Shown here: positions 25,996 through 39,246 of the stretch, piece after piece
Layout: each line of letters opens with the position of its first letter
Position numbering within the stretch: position 1 is the stretch's first letter
Assembly: GCF_016432865.1 (NCBI RefSeq)
Contig: NC_067402.1
Span: forward strand, 292,268,001-292,332,000
Origin: Antechinus flavipes
Lineage: Eukaryota
Direction: 5' to 3'
DNA: 64,000 bases
Program-made: the position numbers and the translations under genes
Notes under the pieces: model-generated
The model's database searches: none
What the model was told of the DNA's origin: nothing
The model's input: the letters and a program-made list of their open reading frames with translations, nothing else

Positions 25996-26880
25996 GTACC
26001 CTCCCCTTCCTCTCCCAGAGTCATCCAGAGTTATTTTTGTAACTAGCATTTACATACTCTTTTTTATATGTTCAAAGTGTTTCAGAAACAACAAATGGTA
26101 TTTTTAAGAGAAAAAACATCAACACAATTGATTGATATACAAGGGGAAAATTTTCAAAATTGTGCCATGTATAACATCTCTGGACCTCTCATCTCTATAT
26201 AGAAGTATGTTGGAAGTGTCTTCTCTCCATTTGAGTCCCGTTTGAGCTTTATAATTTTTTCCAATTTATTTTTGTTTGTTTTGGGTTGTCATTGTTCTTT
26301 TCATTTAGTTTGCTGCAGTTAACCACGTAGGTTGTTTTCTTGGCTCTGCTGCCCTCCCTCTGCATCAGTTCATTTAGATCTTTCCATACTTGTTTGTATT
26401 CATGACAATTTCTTATAAAAGAATAGTATTCTGTTATATTCACGTACCACAATTTGTTGAACCACCACTCCCCATTCGATGGATATCAACGAGATTTCCA
26501 ATAATTTGCTATCACAAAAAAAAGTGTTGCTGTAAATATTTTAGTGTATATGAGAATTTTCTTCCTGTCAATGGCTTCCTTAAGCTATTAGCTCAGTAAT
26601 GGAGTCTCTGGTTCATAAATAAATACTTTGCCTACATAATACCATTGCTTTCCAAAATGATTTTATCGTTTCACAGCTCCACCAGAAATGCATTAGTATA
26701 TCTATCTTCTCACCACCCCTCCAACGTTAAGGGTTGCCATTTGGGAGGTCATTTTTGCCAATTTGTGAGGTATAAGATTTTCATCTTTTTTTCATTTTTG
26801 ATTTGCATTTGTTTTATTAATGATTTGGAGTATTTTTTTTTCATGTGGTTGTGAATACTTTGCAATTCTCCCCCGGCCCC

Positions 26881-27014
26881 CAGGCATTTGGGGTTAAGTG
26901 ACTTGTCTGGGGTCACACAGCTAGGAAATGTTAAGTATCTGAGACCAAATTTGAACTGGGGTCCTTCTGACTTCAGGGCTGGGGGCTCTATCCACTGCAC
27001 CACCTAGCTGTTCC
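26881..27014 (-). mobile_element. WSINE1-like CORE-SINE
   Basis: Reverse complement reads ggaacagctaggtggtgcagtggatagagc...gttcaaatttgg...ctagctgtgtgacccc...aagtcacttaacccc. Confidence 0.8.
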
Positions 27015-29950
27015 ACTGCTATTCTTTTGTGAACTTTCTGATCATATTTTTTGACTGTTGTGTGTGTGTGTGTATATCAAATCTTATATACCAAGCCTTT
27101 ATCTCATATTTCTTTAGCATGGCCTGTGATTTCATTGATCTACAGAGCTTCAGCCAAGGGATTTTCTTTACCAACACAGGGCAACATTTCTCAGCAACTT
27201 CTAGTTTTAGAGAGTTAGCTGTAGCATTGAGGTGAAGTAATATAATAATAATTTTTGTAACTAGCATTTACATACTCCTTGTATATGTTCCAAGTGTTTT
27301 AGAAATATCATTTCACTTGATTCTCACTAAAAAAAAAAAAAGCCTGAAGTAGGTGCTATTATCCCCATTTTGTAGGTGAGAAAACTACAGCAGCAAAAGC
27401 TAAGTTATTTACCCATGGGTCACTCGATATCTGAGGCAGGATTTGAACTCGGGTCTTCCTAACTTCATGTCCAGTCCCTCTAGAAGCTTTACCAGAGTCA
27501 CATAGCCAGTATGGATCAGAAGGGAGACTAATCCAGTCTTCCCGAAGCCAGCTTTCTCTCCATCATACATTGCCACCTCTCACAATCTATTCATCAAATA
27601 AAAATTTCTCAACTAATGAATTACCCTCTCTTTACAACTACTAATTCATAGGATTTAACAATTCATTATTACTGGCCAGGTGATTTATCAAGTTGCTGTT
27701 TGTTGTTCAGTTCCAGTCAAATCCAGTCTCACTCTTCATGAGCCCATTTGGGGTTTTCATGGCAAGGCTATTGGCCATTTCTTTTTCTAGCTCATTTTAC
27801 ATATGAGGAAACTGAAGCAAACAGTTAAGTGACTTGCCCAAAGTCACACAGCTAGGAGATGTCCGAGGCAGTAATTGAATTCAGGTCCTTCTGATTCCAA
27901 ATCCAGGGAACTTCATCCACCCACCTGCCCCATTAATTTCATTTAATTTAAGTGGCACAGTATTAAACAAGTCGACCATCATTTATTAGGTGGCTGTGCT
28001 AAGCACCAAGCAGACAAGCAAAACTCTCATTCCTTTCTCAAAGAATTCACTCAGGGAGACAACTACAAAGAAGCCATAACAGGACCAAGCTGGAAGTCAA
28101 GCAAACAAAAAAACAGGGAGACAAAAGCCTTCCCAAAACAAACTTCAGAACTGTGGAGCTTGGCCGTGTTCCCATTTCCCATCATCCTCCCTCAGCAACT
28201 GGTCTGAGGAGGAATAGAAAAGAAAGAATTGGGTAGCTTTAAAGCCAGTGAAGAAACAAAAGGAAAACAGCAGTAAAGTGGATGGGGTTGTACATGCTCT
28301 CCCACCATGACCCTACTTGGCTCTCCTGGTTTGTTAATCTTGTTCCCTGTAGGTCCACAAAACAACAACTGTCTGTCTCTCTTCCTCCTCCTTCTCCTCC
28401 CCAGTCTTCAGTCCTGTTCTGCCTCTGCTCTAGGTCCATGGTCAGTCTCACAGACAGTGGCCAGCTCTCATCATTTGGCCTTTTAAAGTAAGATCTTCAA
28501 CACAATGCTCAAACACCCAAGTCAAGAGTTTGGAAGACTGTTTCTCCCTTTCCCAGAGCCAATTTTCCCAATCCCAAAGGATTCTGGTTAGAAATTGCTA
28601 AAGAGCCACTAATACCCTTGATTCCTTATCCAGGCCATTTCTGGGGGCTTCTGGAAGCTGGCTTACATTCTATTCCTCCCTAATAAATTGCAACTCATTA
28701 AATTCATCCTTGTGCTCTCATCTAGCAAACTCTTTTGAGGTCAAGCATTCAATCAGTTACAAATCTTTCCCATTGTTCTATTGTCTCAGAAGTGTTGAAT
28801 TCATGGTTGCAAGTGGATTGTAAAATTTTTGTAGTTCTGGTTTAAAAAAAAAAAACCAGATTAAAAGATAATCGGGAAATGTTTAACAAAATAAAAACAA
28901 TACAACAAAAATAATGCTCTTTTAGCGTTTCCTATGCCAATATGCACCTTACTGTTCCTGAGCCCCTATCTCCTCAATTTTCTATAGGAATAGTATGAGA
29001 TACTCAATGTAAAGGGAGAAAAACTGCATTTATTAAGCACCTACTGTGTACAAGGCACTGTGCTAGTAAGCACTTCACAAATATCTCTTGACTGGCTCAA
29101 ATTTGAACTTAGGTCTTCCTGACTTCACCATTAGCACCCTAGCCACTATATCCATCTCAGCCGATGATGGATGACAAATCTGAGGAAACTATCTAGAGGG
29201 GTCCTTCATCTGCCAGGCTGGCAATCCTATCCAAAAAAAATGAAAAGAAAAAAAGTTAATGCCTGGGTCTTTACAAAGTCATGTTAATTCTTTTTTATGA
29301 CCTATTCTTTTTCTAGAGAGTCATTAATCATCTCTTTAACAATCCTAGAACCTTTCCAGGAAGTCAAAGCAACCTTCCTGGATTCTAGCATCCAGCCTCT
29401 TAGAAATGGGCATTTGCCAAATATTTTCCCCTTTTCCAGTCAGGCTGTACTTCTGTTCTCATTAATTTTCCAAATACCACTTAGATATGACTTAGGGCTC
29501 AACAGTCACCTTACTATTTCTTGAAGATGTCATTCATCTAGACCAGTAATTCTCAGTTCCCTAACCTTCTTCTTTCCTACCTTGAACATCCCTGCCCAGC
29601 AACCGATTTTATTCTGTCCTGTATCATTCTTTGGCCAAAAAAAACATTCCAAAGTAGAAATGGGAGTTCTCCTTTCTTTCCATTGACAGTTATCGTTGTC
29701 TTAGCCATGACCTTCATCTCTTCCCCAGTATTAACTTTTTTTTTTGGTTGTCCTTAGCTTCCCCTTCAAGTCTCCAATCACTTCATGCCATTCTTACAGG
29801 AGATGAGAGGAAAAAGAAGATACTTGATATTCTAAGTAGCCTATCAGTTCTCTATCTGAAAATAGACAGCAGGTTTCATCATGATTTCTCTGGAATTGTG
29901 ATGCTATCGTTTTGACTAGAGTTCCTAAGTCTTTCCAAGTTAATTATCTT

Positions 29951-30313
29951 AAAGAGAGCTAATTCAGTTTCAGTTGATCAAGGATAGGACAGAAGCAGCT
30001 ACACCCAAAGAAAGAACACTGGGGAATGACTATAAACTGCTTGCATTTTTGTTTTTCTTCCCGGATTATTTCTACCTTCTGAATCCAATTCTCCCTGTGC
30101 AATAAGAGAACTGTTTGGTTCTGCACACATATATTGTATCTAGGATATACTGTAACCTATTTAACATGTAAAGGACTGCTTGCCATCTGGGGGAGAGGGT
30201 GGAGGGAGGGAGGGGAAAAAATTGGAACAGAAGTGAGTGCAAGGGATAATGCTGTAAAAATTACCCTGGCATGGGTTCTGTCCATAAAAAGTTATTAATT
30301 AAAAAAAAACCCA
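29951..30313 (+). mobile_element. 5'-truncated L1 3' end
   Basis: L1 3'UTR plus A-tail. 14-bp TSD AAGTTAATTATCTT at 29937-29950 and 30314-30327. Confidence 0.85.
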
Positions 30314-31360
30314 AAGTTAATTATCTTTACAATATGTTTGTCATTATATAAATTGTTCTCCTGATTCAGTTCATGTCACTTTGCATTGGTTTATGTCTTC
30401 CCAGTTTATCTAAAATTCATCCCCTTCAACATTTCTTATAGCCCAATAGTATTCCATCATATGTTCAGTATACTATAACATGTTAAGGCACTTCCTAAAT
30501 GAGGGCCACTCCCTCAATTTCTAATTCTTTGACACTTTTCCAACTCTTTTTAATGCTATAAATATTTTTGTACATATAGGTCCCTTTTTTATTTATTTAG
30601 TAAAGGTATCACTGAATCAAAGGATATATACAGTTTAATAGATTTTAGAACAAGTTCCAAATTGCTTTCCAGAATTGTTTTCTGGATTAGTTCACAGGTC
30701 CACCAACATTGGATCACCTTTTTTCCCATATGCCCTCCAACAACTGTCATTTTACATTTTTGCCAGTTTTGCCAATTTGAAGAATATAAAATGGGTACCT
30801 CAGAGATAGTTTCATTTGTACTTCTATGTTTATTAGTGGTTTAGAGCACTTTTTTTTCACATGGCTATTAATAGCTTTGTTTCTTCTTCTGAAAACATCT
30901 ATTCATATACTTTGATGATTTATTAATTGGGAAATGGAACTTACTCTTACAAATTTGACTCAGTTTCCTACATAACTTAGAAATGAAATCTTTATCAGAG
31001 AAACTTGCTGTTAAGACCCCCCCCCAGATCCTTGCTTCTTTCTCTAATTTTAATTGCATTTGCTTTATTTGTACAAAATCTTTTTCATTTTACAAAATCA
31101 AAATTGTCTATTTTGCCACCTGTTAACTTCTATATTTTTTATTTGGTCATGAACTCTTTTCTCTATCATACATATAGATCTGACAGGTAATGTCTTCTTC
31201 TAATTTGCTAATTTATGTCTAAATTCTGTACCCATTTGGGGCTTATCTTAGTATATGTTGCAAGAAACTAGCTAATTTCCAGTTTTCTTAGTAGTGTTGG
31301 CCATATAATGAGTTCTTACTTCAATAGTTGGGAACTTTGGGTCATATGCCTTTTATTTTC

Positions 31361-31481
31361 TTTTCAAGGCAATTAGGATTAAATGACTTGTTCAAGGTGA
31401 CACAGCTAATAAGTGTAAAGTATCTGAACCGGATTTGAACTCGGGTTCAGTGTTCTATGCCCTAGGCCATCTATCTGCCCC
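31361..31481 (-). mobile_element. WSINE1-like CORE-SINE
   Basis: aggcaattaggattaaatgacttgttcaaggtgacacagcta...ggatttgaactc...ctatctgcccc. Confidence 0.65.
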
Positions 31482-32420
31482 GATATATCTTTTTAATTCT
31501 CCCTCACTTCTCTCTTCTCTCTTTTGAATAATGAGTCCCCGTCTAAGGATTCCAGGCAAGGTATCCTCATTTAGTCTTAAAATTGCTTCCTTCCATTAAT
31601 AACATCATTTGCTTCCATTGGTCATCTGAACTTTGAGCATCTCTATGCATAGACATTTTAATAAACTTTTATTCAATTTAATTAGTTTAAGTGTCTACCA
31701 TATACAAGATATTGTACTAAATACTAAGGATACAAAGACAATAAATGTAAGCATAAATAAATGGAAGAATAAATGCAGCATAAATATGAGTTTGAGGTAG
31801 CTTAACACATAATAAATATATCTCAAAGTCCTTTAAGTTTAAGTTTTACAAAGAATTTTCCTTACCCCAATCTTGTGAAGTCGGGTAGTGATCGTAGCAT
31901 TATATCCAAATTACAGACAGGATAACTGAGAAGTTATATGATATTGTTTGAGGATTCCAACTGAAATAAATGGATCCCGAACTTAGCACTCTAGCCACTC
32001 CCACCATGGAAAACACCCAATGTAATGCTCTTTCTTAAGATCCTATTTCTTGAACCGGAAGCACCTCAGAGTTCACCCACCTGGTTTAACTTGTCTTCTT
32101 TTATAAAGAGCAATTTGCTGAGGATCACACTTGTGTTAAATAAGAGATAACAAGATTTGAACTCAGGGCTTTTGATTCCAAAGCCAACTAGCTTTCTACA
32201 ATGCTCAGCTGCCCCACTTCCAGCATCCACTGGATGTGTGCAATTAGATCATCAATCAATTAGAACAAAGGTCAGAGTAAATACTGAATTAGAAAAAAGG
32301 ACAAAACTGAAATGAAAAAACTAAAAAGTCATATGGTGTTGCTGTTTTAATATCACTCAACCTGTTTGTTTTTTAACAAACTGTCAACCCTAAAAAAAGG
32401 GGATGGAAAAGGACTTTTTC

Positions 32421-33491
32421 TTTTTTTTTTTTAATTAAAGTTTTTATTTACAAAACATATGCATGGGTAATTTTTCAACACTGACCCTGAAATAGTCCAG
32501 GAAATAAAATTCAGAACAGCCAAGGTGTTTTGCAACTTAGAAATCAGTAGAGATCCGCCCCAAATCCAAATAGAGACAGGCTTATAAGCAATTCTTGTTC
32601 TGCCTTGTGGTTACAACACTGACTCGACTTCTCGCTCGAGAAGGGTGATGCTGGGGAGCTTACAGGATGTCTGACATTGTTAGGCAAGCATTCTGTCTGG
32701 ACATAAAAAACACTTCCCTTAATTTAGTTTAAGCAACATTTTCCTATAAGCCTGAGGCCCTTGACCCAGGGATGAGGGGGCCAGTCTTTTGTCCATTTTA
32801 ACCCTTGCAAAGTCTTCTGTTCCAAATTATTCTTCTCCCCACTCTCTCTCCTAGATGGCAGGTAGTTCAATATATGTTAAATATGTAAAATATATGTTAT
32901 ATCCAATATATTTATACAGTTATCTTGTTGCACAAGAAAAATCGAATGAAGAAGGAAAAAAAAAAAACTGGGAAAGAAAACAAAATGCAAGCAAACCACA
33001 ACAAAGAGAGTGAGAATGCTATGTTGTGGTCCACACTCAGTTCCCATGGTCCTCTCTCTGGTGTCTATGGCTTTCTTCAACAATGAACAATTGGAACTGG
33101 TTTGAATCATCTCATTGGTGATGAGAGCCATGTCTATCAGAATTGATCATTGCATAATCTTCCTGTTGCTGTGTATAATGATCTCTGATGGTCCTGCTCA
33201 TTTCACTCAGCATCAGTTCATGTCAGTCTCTCCAGGCCTCTCGGAAATCATCCTGTTGGTCATTTCTTACCGAACACTAATATTCCATAGCATTCATATT
33301 CCATAAGTTATTCAGCCATTCTCCCACTGATGGGCATCCACTCAGTTTCCAGTTTCTTGCCACTACAAACAGGGCTGCCACAAACATTTTTGCACATGTG
33401 GGTCCCTTTCCCTCCTTTAATATCTCTTTGGGATATAAGCCTAGCAGAAACACAGCTGGATCAAAGGGTATGAACAGTTTTTGAGCATAGT
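32421..33491 (-). mobile_element. L1 3' fragment interrupted by a solo LTR
   Basis: Poly-T plus L1 3'UTR/ORF2 end. Approximate TSD gacttttt. Confidence 0.8.
32488..32800 (+). mobile_element. Short solo LTR (313 bp) nested in L1
   Basis: TGAAAT...ATTTTA termini (near-inverted), 4-bp TSD ACCC (32484-32487 and 32801-32804). Splits the L1 motif ctgaccc|ttgcaaa. TATA-like cttataagc at ~32581. Confidence 0.7.
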
Positions 33492-36045
33492 GACTTTTTT
33501 CCTTAGAAAAGTTTTGATCAGTACAAAAAAACTCAAACCCCTCTTTTACCAGAATCTTTCCCCAATCCCTCTTAATTCTAGTGCTTTCCCTCTGTTATTT
33601 ATATATTTAATCTGTATATAACTGCCTTCTATGGATTGTATACAGTCATTGTATACAGTGTCAGCAACCCTGCAACAACAATCTCTTGGTAAAGATTTAG
33701 CTACCCTGATTAATACAATAATTCTATAAGACTCACGTGGAATGGTGCTATTCATCTCCAGAGAGTGACGTGTTGAACTTAAAGCAGATTGAAAAAGATA
33801 ATTTTCTTTATTTGTTTTTTTTTCCACACCAGGACTAATTGGAGAAATGTTTCCAATGACTTCTTATGTATAATGGGTATTGTTTTCTTGCCTTTTCAGT
33901 GTGGGAAGGGGGGAGAAAGAAAGAAAATTTGGAACTGAAAATAAAAAAATTTTAATTAAAAATAATTTTAAATTACTGAGGAATTGCTCTTTAACCCCCC
34001 TTTTTTTGTACCTCCAGTGCTTATATCATAGTGCCTGGTACACAGCAGGCACTTAATAAATGTTTATTGATTATTAACAGTTAAAGGATACTAAAAATGC
34101 TTTGGCAAACAAACAGCCAAGTACACTGTTTAGAGTACAAGTTCATTTGCAAAACATTGTGTAAGAGATTGACAGATTATAAACAAAATCACCTCAAAAA
34201 AACACCCCAAAACAAAGGAACAAACAAACGTATCCACAGAAAGCAGTGCGACAAAAACCAAGTCCCCAAAGAGTCTCCCGTAAGCTCTGGCTTGTCCAGG
34301 CCATCCAAAAGTATTCACTCTTCTCTTGCTGCTAGAATGAATGACCTTTGGGGTAGATCTAGTCAGTAACCGTCCCGTTAGGTGACTTTGAGGAAGTGAG
34401 ACACTGAGTCGATCATTAAGTTAAACTCAGCACGGGGTTTATTGATCATTTACAGACTATGAGAACATTACTCACCCAAAAAGGATATAAGCTTGGGGCT
34501 CCTGGTACTTCCCTGCCAGCCCTGAAGCAGAGAAATAAAGCCAGACACCTTTGAACCAGAGTATCAAACAATAGACTAACTCTAGATGGCCCCAGATGCT
34601 AGGGGGGTTGTAAAGCAAAGGAGCCCTGTACCCCTATCTAATCACCAAGGAATACACTAGCCCTGATTCAGATAAGGCAAAACACCAGAGTTAGTAGAAT
34701 TCTTTGAGGGATGATTCCTTCCTCAGATAGCATTCTGTATAATGTGTGACCCTATGAGCCTGGCCTATTATCCAATATATAATTAACATAATATATTAAT
34801 ACTATCGTGTTATTATATTTTTAATAAATTAATAGGACATCATAATAAATCCAGTAATATAAATCTATTAGTCACTCAAGCTACTTCTGTCGGTAGGTCT
34901 CTTCCTGCTCCCCTGAGACTCATTTACCCTTCATAGCAGCTTTGAAGCCTTCAATGGTTCTCTATTGCCTTATGAGAAAAACTCAAGCTCCTCTTCCTCC
35001 TCAGATTTCTAGTTCCTCCTCTTAATATTTCTTTCCACACAATCTAATCCCAAAGAGCTCACTCTACTTCTGTATCTTTGTCCAGAACTTCCCCTGTTGA
35101 ACTCCTAGCCTTCCTTTAAACTCTCAAATCCCACCACCTCCGGGAAGGTCCCATTTGGTGCTTTTCTGGTTTGTAAGGATGCTGAAACTTCTGACATCCC
35201 TTTGTACTCCGTGGATAGCCTTTATCTTGGGCTTTTTAGTCCTCTGGGTTTGTGCCTCATTCTGTGAGTTCCAGGCAGGGATGGTGTTATGTTAGGTAAA
35301 CTGTGCCAACCTAGTCTCTCCTAGAACCTCCGATTGCTAAATTTTCAGTGTGAACACTTACACCTGAGAATTAACGAACGCTACAAATGAAGGCTTGCTT
35401 CGTTGTTTTGTTGAACATCTAAAGAAAGTAATTAAGAAAATGTCAGAAAATCACAGGAACCTTGAAAGTGTGATATGGATTATTGCAGCTCTCTTTGTGA
35501 TGGCAAAGAATTGGAAATTGAGGAGCTATCCATCGAGTGAGGACGGCTGAACAAGCTATATATGATTGTGATGGAATATCATTGTGCTATGAGAAATGAT
35601 GAGCAGGATGCTTTCAGAACAACCTAGAAAGAACTGATGCAACGTGAACTGAACAGATCCAAGAGAACAGCGTACACACTTACAGTAATGTTGTACCTAC
35701 TATATGACTGTGTGAATGACTTAGCTATTCTCAATGATACAAGATCATTCAGAAGGACTTATAAGAAAAATGCAATCCACTTCCAGGAGAATGATGGAGT
35801 AAAAACTTTCTTTTTCTTCCTTTTTTTCTCTTTTCTTTTTTTGATCTGTGTTCTCTTTTGTAACATGGCTAATATGGAAATATGCTTTGTATGACTGCAC
35901 ATGTATATAATATATCAAATTGCTTGACTTCTCAAAGAGGGGAAGGAGAGGAAGAAAAGGAATTTAAAACTCAAAAATTATTTTGAAAATGAACTTTAAA
36001 ATTGTTTTTACATGTAATTGAAAAAATAAATTTGAAACATCCTTT

Positions 36046-36206
36046 TTTTTTTTGTTCACCACTGGTATTTTATTTTATTATAGTTTTTTTATATACAAAA
36101 CAAGCATGGATAATTTTTCAACACTGACCCTTGCAAAAACTTGTTTCAACTTTTCCTCTCCTTCCCTCCATCCCCTCCCCTAGATGACAGGTAATCCCAT
36201 ACATAA
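36046..36206 (-). mobile_element. Short L1 3' end
   Basis: 11-bp TSD AAACATCCTTT at 36035-36045 and 36207-36217. Confidence 0.75.
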
Positions 36207-36238
36207 AAACATCCTTTAAAAAAAAAGTGTGGTATGTA

Positions 36239-36363
36239 GGGCAGCTAAATGATGAAGTGGATAGAGCATTAGCCCTAGTCAGGAAGATCTGAGTTCAAAT
36301 CCAGCCTCAGAAAAGTTTACTAGCTGTGTGACCCCAGGCAAGTCACTTAACCCCAATTGTCTC
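36239..36363 (+). mobile_element. WSINE1-like CORE-SINE
   Basis: gggcagctaaatgatgaagtggatagagc...gagttcaaatccagcctcag...agtcacttaaccccaattg. Confidence 0.8.
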
Positions 36364-37194
36364 ATTCCCCCAAAAAGCATCATATGAGGACTTTTTTTCT
36401 TAGAGAAAGAACATTTTTTTCCTCTTGGTTAAAAATTTACCAGCAGAGCAATTTGTAACTATGTCCAAAGAGCTATAAAACTGTACATACCTTTGATCCA
36501 GAAGTGTTATTACTGGGTTCATAGCTTAAAGAGATTATTTTAAAAGAAGGAAAAGGACCCACATGTGGAAAAAATGTTTGTAGCAGCTCTTTAAAAAAAA
36601 TACTAATACCTTTTTATTTGTCAAAATACATGTGAAGGGAGTTTTCAATATTCACCCTTGCAAAAACTTGTGTTCCAAGTTTTTCTCCCTCTTTCCCCAC
36701 CTCCCCTTTAGACAGCAAGTAATTCAATATAGGTTAAACATGTGCAATTCTTCTAAACCTATTCCCATATTTAGCATTCTGTAGCAATCATTTCTGTCAT
36801 GGCAAGGAATTAAAAACTGAGTAAATGCCTATCCTTTGGTGAATGACTGAACAAGTTCTAGTATATGAAGGAATGGAATAATATGATTGTTCTATAAGAA
36901 ATGATGAGCAGGCTCTTTTCAGAAAAATTTGAAAAAACGTATGTAAACTAATGCTGAGTGAAGCGAGCAGAACCAAGAGAATATCGCACGCAATAACAAC
37001 AAGATTATGTGATAATCAACAGGTGGACTTGGCTCTTCTCAGCAATGCAGTAATTCAAAGCAATTCCAATAGAGTTGGGATGGGAAAATGTCATCCACAT
37101 CCAGAGAGAGAACTATGGAGACTGAGTGTGGATCAAAGCATAGTTTTTTCACCTTTTTTAAAAAAAGTTTGTTTACTCTGTGCATACTTTCTAA

Positions 37195-37880
37195 TGCAGC
37201 AGTGTTTCTACTGGGCTTGTAACCCAGAGATCATAAAAGGGGGAAAGAGACCCACGTGTGCAAGAATGTTTGTGGCAGCCCTTTTTGTAGTGGCAAGGAA
37301 CTGGAAACTGAGGGGATGCCCATCGGCTGAAGAATGGCTGAATAAGTGATGGTATATGAATGGTATGGAATATTATTGTTCTATAAGAAATGATCAGCAG
37401 GATGCTTTCAGAAAGAGCTGGAGAGTTACAGGAACTGATGTGAAATGAAGGGAGCAGAACCAGGAGATCACTGCACATGGCGACATCAATATTATATGCC
37501 GATCAATTCTGATGGACGTGGCTCAGGCCACTTCCAATGATCTTGTGATGAAGAGAGCCATCTACACCCAGAGAGAGGGCTATGGGAACTGAGAGTGGAT
37601 CACAACGTAGCATTTCATTCCTTTTATTGTTCACTTGCATTTTGTTTTCTTACTCATTTTCTTTCTTTTTTGATCTGATTTTTCTTGTGCAACAAGAGAA
37701 TTGTATAAATATAGTTATGCACATTGGATTTAACATATATTTTAACATGTATAACATATATTGGATTGCTTGCCATCTAGGGGAGGAGGTGAGGGGAAAA
37801 TCCAGAACACAAGGCTATGCAAGGGTCAATGTTGAAAAATTATCTGTGCATATGATTTGAAAATAAAAACCTTCAAAAAA
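37195..37880 (+). mobile_element. L1 ORF2-end/3'UTR fragment nested in an older L1
   Basis: Encodes degenerate L1 ORF2 C-terminus (CARMFVAALFVVARNWKLRGCPSAEEWLNK) followed by 3'UTR. Confidence 0.8.
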
Positions 37881-37985
37881 ATTTTTTAAAGTTTATTTTT
37901 TCCTTCTTATGGCTTTTTTCCCCCTTTGGTCTGTTTTTCTTGTACAATATGACAAATATGGAAATATGGTTAAAAGAATTGCATA

Positions 37986-38248
37986 TTTTTGTTTTTCTTC
38001 CCGGGTTATTTATTTCTACCTTCTGAATCCAATTCTCCCTGTGCAACAAGAGAACTGTTCGATTCTGCACACATAGATTGTATCTAGGATATACTGTAAC
38101 CTATTCAACATGTCAAGGACTGCTTGCCATCTGGGGGAGGGGGTGAAAGGAAGGAGAGGAAAAATCGGAACAGAAGTGAATGCAAGGGATAATGCTGTAA
38201 AAAATGACACTGGCATGGGTTCTATCAATAAAAAGTTATTTAAAAAAA
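37986..38248 (+). mobile_element. 5'-truncated L1 3' end
   Basis: 15-bp TSD TAAAAGAATTGCATA at 37971-37985 and 38249-38263. Confidence 0.85.
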
Positions 38249-39029
38249 TAAAAGAATTGCATAAATTCAACCTGTATCAGATTGCTTGCTGTCTTGAAGA
38301 GGAGGGAGATAAAGAGGGGAAAAAAAAATGGGAACACAAAGCTTTACAAAATGAATGTTTAGTTGAAAACTATCTTTGCATGTATTTTGAAAAAAAAAAA
38401 GCTATTATCAAAATTTTAAAAATGAATTTTTAAAACTGTCTTTAGGAATATTTGGGGGGGAAATACTATTGAAGAGTTAAAAATAACAACATTCACGTCC
38501 CTGCCCCCAGCTGAGGTTCTTTGTATATCATAGATACTTAACGTTAATAATTATTGAATGAATGATTTTTTTTTTTTTTTTTTAAGATTGCCTTGCTAGT
38601 GGCTTCTTGAGCTGGGCTGGGCTGGTCCTAGTCCAGCAGGCACAGTCAGTTCATTGTTCATTCTCCAAGAGAAGTCAGGATAATAAACCAAGATGTAAAA
38701 GCAATAATTGTTGCCAAAGAATTTCTGCTCGGACACCTTTCTGACATCTTGGGATTAAACCAAGAACTACAGAATTCGTCATCAAGTGACAAAGCTAGTC
38801 AAGCAAGGAAGGCTTCTTGGAGGAAGTGAGTCTGGACAGAGCGAGGGGGGTAAGCTGATGTGTCCGAGACCCCTCCCAATTCTGAGAATACGGGACTCTT
38901 TCCCTCCCCACCCACACTCAGGGCATCAGGATTGGTCCAGACCAGGGCACGCCCCCTCTTATCTCCACTGAGACGGGGACCAAAGAGAAAGGGAGCAGAG
39001 GGGGTTGGCTGGAAGAGGGAGGTAGAAAG

Positions 39030-39237
39030 AGACCAGGGGAGGGAACGAAACGAGATCGATAAGGAGAGTCTGAGACTGAGGCGGAGAAGAGAGGCGGTGG
39101 TCAGGTCGGGCACCCAGCGAGGACCGAGTAACTGCGATTGGAGAGGGCAGAAGGTAAGCACCGAGCGGCTCCCGGGAGGAGCAAAGGAGCGCAAAGGCAG
39201 ACGGTAGGGCTACACGTTCCGCTTTCCCTCCTGGCAG
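39030..39237 (+). promoter_or_regulatory. TYMP promoter/non-coding exon 1 and 84-nt intron 1
   Basis: ISRE-like GGGAACGAAAC at 39041-39051. Strong donor AAG|GTAAGC at 39153/39154. Acceptor ctttccctcctggcag| at 39237, 9 nt before the ATG. Confidence 0.55.
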
Positions 39238-39246
39238 AACCCAAGG

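Larger units (their letters stand above)
35310..36446 (+). mobile_element. hAT (MER63/Blackjack-like) DNA transposon remnant split by L1 and SINE insertions
   Basis: ccgattgctaaattttcagtgtgaacacttacacctgag...gctacaaatgaaggcttg at 35330-35400 and ggttaaaaatttaccagca at ~36427 resemble the recalled MER63 ends. Confidence 0.5.
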
